Virus record (IMG/VR): IMGVR_UViG_3300049855_000239
Span: 8,699 to 72,698 of that record
Strand: one strand, 5' to 3'
Length of the DNA stretch: 64,000 nt
DNA from: a virus
Shown here: positions 56,428 to 64,000 of the stretch, piece by piece
Numbering within the stretch: position 1 is the first letter of the stretch
Layout of the letters: the number at the start of each line of letters is the position of its first letter
Position numbers and translations under genes: made by a program
Notes under the pieces: generated by a model
Seen by the model: the letters and a program-made list of their open reading frames with translations, nothing else
Told to the model about the DNA's origin: nothing
The model's database searches: none

Positions 56428-59400
56428 ATGGCTTCACCTTGCGTTTATACTATCAATGGAGAGCAAAAATCCTTTGAAGATTACATTGACATGCTTCATA
56501 ACATGGACGATGCAGAACTTGATGGACTAATAGAAAAAGGAGACAAGCAAGTAGAAAAGACCATTACAAAAAAAAGGGCTTTTGATGCAACGCAAGATGA
56601 AGATGTAAAAAGGGCTATCAAAAGAAATGGCTTATACAGGGATAAATCCGATACAAAAGATACAATAAGCAGGGCTGAATCATTTGTATCGGAAGTAGGG
56701 TTTGGCCAAGCATTGAAAGCGGTGGTAGATGACCCAAAAATACCTCAACCCATGAAAGCTGCGATAGCAGGGGAATTGATAACTTTAGCCGATAAAGAAA
56801 TAAAAAATCCGAAAGCCCTATCGGATAGCGAATTCCGGCAAGCATTAGAAAATTATGCAAATGCGATAGAGGCACTTGAAGTTCACGGGAATAGTGCAGG
56901 AACAACTATGGGTATTCTTCCTCATGTGTATAAAAAATTGGCTTCGGAAGGAGTTGATTTTTACACCGACAAACTAGCAGACCAATACATAGATGAATGG
57001 AAGAACTCGCACGATGGGCTTATTCCTGATAGTCTTAAAAAAGAATTTGAGAAGTCAAGCGAGAAACTAAAGGAAGTATCTGACAAGCTGATTGAACTAG
57101 AGCAAAAAATAGCCGACCAAAACGCCCATATAGCCATGATGGAAGCGAGGGAAAAGGCGGAAACAAAAGCAAAGGAAAAGAGCGACCTAAAAGCGAAGGA
57201 AGCAAAGAAGAAAGCATTGGACAAGCAATTGAACGATGGACTTTCAGAAATGTTCGGGGCAATTGCATCCGCCACTGGAGGTAAGATGTCAGCCGTAGAT
57301 TCAGACGAGAAATTCTTTAGGGGTGCTAAAAAAGCCGTAAGTGCTTTGATGCAAAAAGCTGAGATAAGCGCACAAGAAGCATTTGAGCAACTTATTGAAC
57401 TTGCAAAATCGAAAGGCTTAAATACCGACAAGTTACAAACTTCAAAAGACGAAATACTGTCTATGTTTGAAGAAAAAGTAAAAGGTATTTTCGGGCTTTC
57501 AAACGAAAAGCTACAAGAACTTGCCATGCAAGTAGACATGGGCAAAGAAACTCCGGCCGAAAAACAAGTAGAACAATTTGCTAAACTAATCAAAGAGGAA
57601 ATAAAAGACACACATCCTGATATTCAAGAAAGGGAGATTCGGGACGAACTGAGTAGGTATGGGAAAACAACCACCGAAAGCCCGTTGGAAGCCAAACAAA
57701 AGCTATCCAAGCTAAAAACAATGTTTAGGCTTACTTCCCAATTGGAAGATATTGCCAAAGGCGAAAGACCATTAAAAACTGGATTCCAAAGACAACCTAC
57801 CGATACAGAAGTTAGAAGGTTGATGAAAATGGTAAGGGAAGGATTAAAGACCTTGCCTATTGACCAATCTATCAAAGACAACCTACTAAGAACGGCACAG
57901 GAAGCGCATATCCAACGATTGAAAAACAGGATAGCCGACAAGCAAAAAGAAATAGATACTGGCGTAAAAACCAAAAGCGAAAAGCAAAAGGTTGATGATA
58001 ACGACCAAATAATTATGCTAAAACAAGAACTTGAACAAGTTCAAGCAAAGCATGATGAAAAGTTTAAAAACGAGAACGAAGCTGAGAAACAACAAAAATC
58101 ATTAGAAGCATCAAAGAGAGCGTTAAAAAGAAGGATAGAAGAACTTGAAACGAAACTAAAAAATAACGACTTCTCTAAGCGTGTAAAGCAAAAGCAACTC
58201 ATGGACAATGAGAGAGCTGCGCTATTGGCTAAAAAAGAGGACGTGCTAGAAAACTTCGATAATGCACGTAAGAAATACGAATATGAACATAGAGATAATC
58301 CGCAAAAATACAAAGACCTAGCAAAAGAATCGTGGAGATTAGGGCAAGTGATAGCTACTGGTGCTGACTTTGGTATTGCAGGGGTTCAGTTGTTTGGTGC
58401 TATTTCTAGGTCTGTTTGGTCTGATTTATACAACATACGCAAAAAGGGGTATAATGCTAATACAGCAAAAGCATTTGCCGATTCGTTCAAGGCATTTGCA
58501 AGCCCAGAATACGCACAAAATAAAATAGAGGAGATAAAAGGGGATAAATATTACGCATCCGCAAAAAAAGCAAAGCTGGATGTATTGGGCGCAAATGGGG
58601 CTGAAACCGAATTTAAGTCAGATTTACTAAACGATTCAATCAAAAAAGCATTTGAAAAAACACTAGGAAGTGCAATTGGAAAAGAAAAGGCCGAAAAACT
58701 AGCAGAAGCTATAAACCCGAAAGCATTTGAAAGGTGGTCTAATACGTTAAGCAACTCGCTTCGATTTAAAGCATACAAGGATGCGGCCATAGCAGCCGAA
58801 GCTATGGGATATGATATAGAGAATGATTTAAAAGCATTCAAGGATATTGCGGGAACAATAAACACATTTACAGGACGTGCATCTACGGGTCTTACGGGAT
58901 GGGTAAAAGAAGGTGCTGGGTTGACTTTGTTTTCTCCTAGAAACTGGGCTTCAATGATAAAAACGGCTACGCCCGTTGGTTTGTATAGATACTACAAAAT
59001 GGGAGGAAATGATTTACTGGAAACTGGCCATGTAATGAACTCCCCTGCAAGGCGTGAAGCAACAAGGCAATTCTTAGCATTAACAACGGCAGCCACATCT
59101 ATTGTGATGTTGAAAGCATTGATTTATAACAATGACGATGACGAGGATACTAATGTAAACATAACCGATCCTGATAGGGCAGATTTCTTTCAACCAACTG
59201 TTAAGCTTAAAAATGGCAATGTTATACAGGATGATTATACGGGAGGAAGAATAAGGATGATAATAACTATGGTAAAGTTCTATAAAGCCCTTTTTGATAA
59301 AGAAGTGACCTCATTGAAAGGAAGTGAATACATGGCAACACCTTTTGATGTGGTACAAAAACATGCATTAGGAAAAACAAGTCCGACAGCATCTATACTG

Positions 59401-59637
59401 AAAGATAGGTTGATGTTCAAAAGAAAAGAAGTGAATGGCGAAATGAGAAGTATAGACCCGTTTACAAAAGAACCAGTCGATTGGGCAGAAAGGGCTATCG
59501 AAGCATACAAACCTATGGCTGGTGGTGATATATTGGATATAATGCAATCAGACCCTTCGTTATTTGAAGGGTTGCATACAATAAGTACAGCGTTTGGTTT
59601 GAGCAACGTAAACAAGCGATATGACGAGAAGAAGTAG
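56428..59637 (+). CDS. large internal virion/ejection protein
   Basis: 1069 aa, long coiled coils, C-terminal INTFTGR...LFSPR...DF region typical of large ejection proteins. Confidence 0.6.
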   Translation: MASPCVYTINGEQKSFEDYIDMLHNMDDAELDGLIEKGDKQVEKTITKKRAFDATQDEDVKRAIKRNGLYRDKSDTKDTISRAESFVSEVGFGQALKAVVDDPKIPQPMKAAIAGELITLADKEIKNPKALSDSEFRQALENYANAIEALEVHGNSAGTTMGILPHVYKKLASEGVDFYTDKLADQYIDEWKNSHDGLIPDSLKKEFEKSSEKLKEVSDKLIELEQKIADQNAHIAMMEAREKAETKAKEKSDLKAKEAKKKALDKQLNDGLSEMFGAIASATGGKMSAVDSDEKFFRGAKKAVSALMQKAEISAQEAFEQLIELAKSKGLNTDKLQTSKDEILSMFEEKVKGIFGLSNEKLQELAMQVDMGKETPAEKQVEQFAKLIKEEIKDTHPDIQEREIRDELSRYGKTTTESPLEAKQKLSKLKTMFRLTSQLEDIAKGERPLKTGFQRQPTDTEVRRLMKMVREGLKTLPIDQSIKDNLLRTAQEAHIQRLKNRIADKQKEIDTGVKTKSEKQKVDDNDQIIMLKQELEQVQAKHDEKFKNENEAEKQQKSLEASKRALKRRIEELETKLKNNDFSKRVKQKQLMDNERAALLAKKEDVLENFDNARKKYEYEHRDNPQKYKDLAKESWRLGQVIATGADFGIAGVQLFGAISRSVWSDLYNIRKKGYNANTAKAFADSFKAFASPEYAQNKIEEIKGDKYYASAKKAKLDVLGANGAETEFKSDLLNDSIKKAFEKTLGSAIGKEKAEKLAEAINPKAFERWSNTLSNSLRFKAYKDAAIAAEAMGYDIENDLKAFKDIAGTINTFTGRASTGLTGWVKEGAGLTLFSPRNWASMIKTATPVGLYRYYKMGGNDLLETGHVMNSPARREATRQFLALTTAATSIVMLKALIYNNDDDEDTNVNITDPDRADFFQPTVKLKNGNVIQDDYTGGRIRMIITMVKFYKALFDKEVTSLKGSEYMATPFDVVQKHALGKTSPTASILKDRLMFKRKEVNGEMRSIDPFTKEPVDWAERAIEAYKPMAGGDILDIMQSDPSLFEGLHTISTAFGLSNVNKRYDEKK

Positions 59638-59693
59638 ATTCAAAAAGCAAAAGGAATCTACTAAGTATATTTGCAACATAAACGAGAATACCA

Positions 59694-60212
59694 ATGGCAG
59701 GTCAATTATATAGAGGTGGACTAGAAACATGGTCGTTCCTTTCAGGCACAACAGAAGGACAGCACAATGTAGTAGTGCCAAATGCAGGGATGTTCCCAAG
59801 ACAAGCCAACCTAAAAACATCCGCTGATGTACAAATAACGGCTACGCAAACAGGAGACGTATTGGTATTTTCTTCGGCTGATTGGGCTACAAAAGACCTG
59901 CAAGAGGGGGATTTTCTATATATTAATGGCACAAAAAGAGAAGTGTTGCAGATATTCCCAAGCAAGTATGCCATACGTCTAAAGTATGCTTTCGGGTCGG
60001 CAGTAACAGCACAAAACGTAACAGTATCTAAACCTAGCACGTATCGCTATGTAAAGATTACGGCAGTAGGTACGGCAGATACGGCTACGGTAGATGGAGT
60101 TGCCTTGAAAAGTGGTTCTAGTGTTACATACGCAAACAATGGAGGTATTCTTCCGATAGTATATTCAGCATCAGGAGTAAATGAATCATTGAAATTTGAA
60201 GTTGGAATTTAA
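59694..60212 (+). CDS. virion structural protein
   Basis: Beta-rich 172 aa; promoter box TATATTTG at 59666. Confidence 0.5.
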   Translation: MAGQLYRGGLETWSFLSGTTEGQHNVVVPNAGMFPRQANLKTSADVQITATQTGDVLVFSSADWATKDLQEGDFLYINGTKREVLQIFPSKYAIRLKYAFGSAVTAQNVTVSKPSTYRYVKITAVGTADTATVDGVALKSGSSVTYANNGGILPIVYSASGVNESLKFEVGI

Positions 60213-63200
60213 TGAGCAACGTATTAGTAGGCTATGAAGACGCGGTTGATTCACGAATCACTGACAAGGTTGATGATTATTCAATCTCGAAGGATGACGT
60301 TTCTGGTTCTTTAAAAGAACTTGCTGACCTAGCATTATTATACCCACAATCTAACACTGCGCTAACATACCCTAAAGATTTTATCACTAGGGATGCAGCA
60401 TATAACCTATTCATAGCACTTGCCGATGATGTAAACGGAGATACTACGAATAGTGCGAATTGGCAGTTATTATCAAGTAATACAAGTCAATCTGTATATG
60501 ATTTAGGTGTTATATCAGATGACTTTTCCAATGGCTACGAGGCATCAATTCCTTCGATAGCCGCTTATTCTACAAGTAATATTTACCTGTTTAAGCCAGA
60601 TACTACAAATACGGGAGCAAGTACATTGCAAATAAATGCACTATCTGTACTGCCAATTAAAAAGTATAGTTCAGGTGCTATTATAGATGTAGTGGCAGGA
60701 GATTTAGATTTAGCCAATACATATTTACTCATTTACAAAACCACTTATTTCTTAATAGCCAGCTGGGCAAGTAGCGGTGGAGGTTCAGGTGATTTTGCTT
60801 CTCTTACTGGAAGTCCATATGACAACACCAATCTTGCAACAGATTTAAACTCTAAACAAAATCGTATTAACGGAATAGTTTCAGGTTGTGAAATAACAGT
60901 AGAAACGTTTGTAGGAGTAGGTACTAATAAACGAATTAGGGTAGGTGACGGAACTTGGTATATTTCTCCTTCTGAATATACAAAAGGAACTGATACTGTT
61001 TCTTCTGAAATTACGCTTTGTGTTACAGGTGGGGACTTTAAATACTATGATGTAGTTGCAGATAATACAGGAGTAATTACAATTCATGAAGGGACTCCAA
61101 ATACTTCACCAGCTCATTATACTATCAATCCTTTAATAGAGGTTTTATTAGGTTATGTTTTAGTAGGAGATGCTGTAATAGAAACTCCTACACCTGTCGT
61201 AAGTGGATTTATCCCTTATGACGAGAAAGGTGACGAGGTATACTATTCTAATACAGAAGGATTTGGGATAGGTTATCAACAATCTTCTGGAAAAGGAAGT
61301 GTTTATTTTTTAGGAGGAGATAATGTTCAGGGTGTTTTAGAGAGTAACACGGTTGATGGGTTAAATGTAGCTAAAGTAAGAACTTCAACAGAATCAGGGG
61401 GGCAGAATGGTATATACTCAGAAATTGTATCTACAATAAGAAATGTAGCTACGTATTTAACCACAGCATCTTTTCAATTAGTTGGGGTTGCTTTAAATTA
61501 CGCCCCTTCTGTAACACTAGCATCTGCAACAAATCCAGCTTTAGGAGCAACATATTCAAATAACGTAACAATTACTGGAACTACAACTATCGCAGGTTTT
61601 GACAATGTAGCAGATGGAATTACAAGAGTAGTTAAGTTTACTGGAATACTACAATTAACGTATAATGCCACTACCTTAATACTACCTTCTAATGCAAATA
61701 TTACTACAGCAGTAGGAGATATTGCTGTTTTTAGGAGTCTTGGAAGTGGTAATTGGGAATGCATAGAATATACTAGAAGAGACGGGACTGCTTTAGTAGG
61801 TGGTTCTAGTTTAACACAAGCTTCACAAGCACAAGTAGAAGCTGCGTTCGATAATACAGATCAAACTACTCCTACTACTTTAGAGCAAACTTCCGTTTTA
61901 ACCCCTTTTAATACTTGGTGGTTAGTTCAGAAGATTAAGACATTCTTTGGCACTACTGCAAACCAAACGGACTCTACTAATAAAAGATTTGTAACTGATG
62001 CTGAAAAAGTTGTAATAGGAAATACTTCAAATACAAATTCTGGAAACGAAACCGCTACTACAATTGGAGCGTTATTAACAACAGATACAACTCCTCTCGA
62101 TACTGATTTAGTAGTTTCTTGGGATGGGACTGTTTTGATGAAAACAACTTGGACGAATGTAAAAGCGTTCCTAGTTACTTATTTTGACACACTATACCTA
62201 AAACTAACAGGAGGTACACTTTCAGGAGCATTAAACTATGCACCTACTATTTCACTTACTGGCGCAACCCCTGCAATTGGCGCAGCAGGTAGTAATAATA
62301 TTGCTATTACAAGTACTACTACAATTACAGCTTTTGATACTATTGCAGAAGGAACAATTAGAAGAGTAAAGTTTAGTGCAATTACGACTCTGACGCATTC
62401 TTCTAATTTAGATTTACCAACATCAGCCAATATTACGACAGCAGTCGGGGATGAAGCTGTTTTTAGATCGAATGGTGCAGGTAGTTGGAAGTGTATTGCT
62501 TTCATGAGAAAAGATGGTACCGCTCTTGTTGGAGGAGGTAGTTTTCAAACACTTCCTGTCGAAGTAACAGGAAGCTTGACCGCAGCAGTAGATAAATTTT
62601 ATGTAAATACAGCAACTGCAACATACACTGATCCTACAGGTGTGCAGGGCAAAGGATTTATAGTTTTAGTGAGAGGTGGTACTGCTACTATTGGAGGAAC
62701 TGCTTATACAGTAGGTGTAGTTTATAGATACTACAATAGTGCTGCATGGACGAATATAGTACTTAGAGACTTTGCAACTATTACTGGAGATATAACATTT
62801 GCAGCAGGAGTTGGAACGATTGCAAATAATGCTGTTACAAATGCGAAAGCTGCACAAATGTCAGCTAATACAATAAAAGCAAATAATACAGGAAGTACGG
62901 CGAATGCAAGCGATGTAACAACAGACCAATTTACTGCAATGATGGAAATTGCTACAACGGTAGCAACAGCAGGTATTTTAACAGCAATAACAAGTAGCAC
63001 TTATAAATATTTAAGATTAACAGGATGTACTGGATTAGCTAGTATTGTAGCTCCAAGCTCCTCATATAAAGACCTTTATATTTGGAATGACACAGGAAGC
63101 ACTATTACATTGTATCACGATTATGCTAGTGAAGCAACAGTAGCAAATCGTATTTATTGCGGTGCAAATCGTAGCTGGGCTAACAATACTATGTTGCATC

Positions 63201-63877
63201 TAAAATACAGTGTAGATGAGGCAAGATGGTGTACGGTAGCTCAAGATGGGAGTACATTTCGTGCTTTACTGGCAGGAACGGGAGAAAGAGTAACGGTAGT
63301 AGATGCAGCAGGACAAGAGACTGCCCCTTACACAACACAATCAAGAGATTTCACCCCAGCTCAACAAACTAGTGCCGATGCTGGAAGTTGGACAGGAGTA
63401 ACATATATAACACTTACAGGTTTAAAAGTTGGACAAGTTTACCATAATACAAGCACAGGATTTAGGTACGAGTGTAATGCAAATGATCAATGCACAAGAA
63501 TATCAGAAAAGGAAACGACAATAGTAACAACTAACCTGATTTACCCATGTACGGAAATTACAGGAACAAGTGGAACATTAGCAGAAGATAATGCATATGT
63601 GTTAAATAATGCGAGTCAGGTCGTGATGGCTTTACCTTCAACTGCTACGCAAGGGAAAGTAATAGTAATTTCTGGGAAAGGAGCAGGAGGGTGGAAAATA
63701 ACAGTACCGAACACACAACAAATAGTTGGGGGTGTAACTAATACGACAACAGCAGGAAGTGGATATATAAGTGCTGGGCAGTATGCATCATGTACATTAA
63801 AATGTATAACAAGTGGAACTGCTGCCGTTTGGGAAATAATGTCTACTAATCCTGCAACTACTTTAACAATAGCATAA
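60212..63877 (+). CDS. long tail fibre / receptor-binding protein
   Basis: T/G/S-rich modular protein; NTGASTLQIN, YLKLTGGTLSG, internal ~105-aa duplication, LPSTATQG C-terminal domain. Confidence 0.8.
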   Translation: MSNVLVGYEDAVDSRITDKVDDYSISKDDVSGSLKELADLALLYPQSNTALTYPKDFITRDAAYNLFIALADDVNGDTTNSANWQLLSSNTSQSVYDLGVISDDFSNGYEASIPSIAAYSTSNIYLFKPDTTNTGASTLQINALSVLPIKKYSSGAIIDVVAGDLDLANTYLLIYKTTYFLIASWASSGGGSGDFASLTGSPYDNTNLATDLNSKQNRINGIVSGCEITVETFVGVGTNKRIRVGDGTWYISPSEYTKGTDTVSSEITLCVTGGDFKYYDVVADNTGVITIHEGTPNTSPAHYTINPLIEVLLGYVLVGDAVIETPTPVVSGFIPYDEKGDEVYYSNTEGFGIGYQQSSGKGSVYFLGGDNVQGVLESNTVDGLNVAKVRTSTESGGQNGIYSEIVSTIRNVATYLTTASFQLVGVALNYAPSVTLASATNPALGATYSNNVTITGTTTIAGFDNVADGITRVVKFTGILQLTYNATTLILPSNANITTAVGDIAVFRSLGSGNWECIEYTRRDGTALVGGSSLTQASQAQVEAAFDNTDQTTPTTLEQTSVLTPFNTWWLVQKIKTFFGTTANQTDSTNKRFVTDAEKVVIGNTSNTNSGNETATTIGALLTTDTTPLDTDLVVSWDGTVLMKTTWTNVKAFLVTYFDTLYLKLTGGTLSGALNYAPTISLTGATPAIGAAGSNNIAITSTTTITAFDTIAEGTIRRVKFSAITTLTHSSNLDLPTSANITTAVGDEAVFRSNGAGSWKCIAFMRKDGTALVGGGSFQTLPVEVTGSLTAAVDKFYVNTATATYTDPTGVQGKGFIVLVRGGTATIGGTAYTVGVVYRYYNSAAWTNIVLRDFATITGDITFAAGVGTIANNAVTNAKAAQMSANTIKANNTGSTANASDVTTDQFTAMMEIATTVATAGILTAITSSTYKYLRLTGCTGLASIVAPSSSYKDLYIWNDTGSTITLYHDYASEATVANRIYCGANRSWANNTMLHLKYSVDEARWCTVAQDGSTFRALLAGTGERVTVVDAAGQETAPYTTQSRDFTPAQQTSADAGSWTGVTYITLTGLKVGQVYHNTSTGFRYECNANDQCTRISEKETTIVTTNLIYPCTEITGTSGTLAEDNAYVLNNASQVVMALPSTATQGKVIVISGKGAGGWKITVPNTQQIVGGVTNTTTAGSGYISAGQYASCTLKCITSGTAAVWEIMSTNPATTLTIA

Positions 63878-64000
63878 TGGCTGGAATACTAACAACTAGT
63901 AACGGAAATATATTGACAGATTCTAGTAATAGAATCCTAGTACAGGATGCCACTCCTTTAGACCTTCCCAATCTAAAATTATATCTTTCTGCAAGTAGAA
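63877..64000 (+). CDS. 5' part of next structural/fibre protein (runs off window)
   Basis: ATG overlapping the previous stop; MAGILTTSNGNILTDSSNRILVQDATPLDLPNLKLYLSA. Confidence 0.55.
   Translation, partial: MAGILTTSNGNILTDSSNRILVQDATPLDLPNLKLYLSASR

Noticed and set aside
30435-63000. Many short antisense or overlapping ORFs in the ORF track
   Set aside because: Shadow frames of long, motif-supported genes, without their own signals.
60212-63877. Diversity-generating retroelement acting on the tail fibre
   Set aside because: No reverse transcriptase in the window; the duplicated segments are both in-frame coding and differ at all base types, not just adenines.
1-64000. Stop-codon reassignment as in some crAss-like phages
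   Set aside because: Long genes are intact in code 11 and TAG/TGA are used as normal stops; the single internal stop is a TAA.

Overview
The window is part of a tailed dsDNA phage genome, most likely podovirus-like and infecting Bacteroidota (TAnnTTTG -7 promoter boxes, A-rich translation starts, standard code 11). Layout: (i) 1-9.2 kb accessory region; (ii) 9.3-21.8 kb recombination/replication module (SSB, Sak4-like ATPase, YqaJ-like exonuclease, SNF2-methyltransferase fusion, initiator with internal iterons, DnaB, dCTP deaminase); (iii) 21.8-29.4 kb small leftward genes and a strand-skew switch near 26.5 kb; (iv) 30-64 kb morphogenesis module (TerL, portal, GroES-like, scaffold, major capsid, tail ring/tube, ejection proteins, tail fibres) interrupted by a lipoprotein, a glycosyltransferase and a ferritin. 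The main discovery is in the first 8.5 kb: an integron-like gene-cassette array. It has 9 complete and 3 partial attC-like hairpins (TAAC...GTTA, ~85-130 bp). Seven single-gene cassettes each have their own ~15-bp complementary ends. Some hairpins supply the start codon and N-terminal peptide of the adjacent gene. No integrase is visible in the window. All protein calls are by eye from motifs and synteny; no database searches were run.
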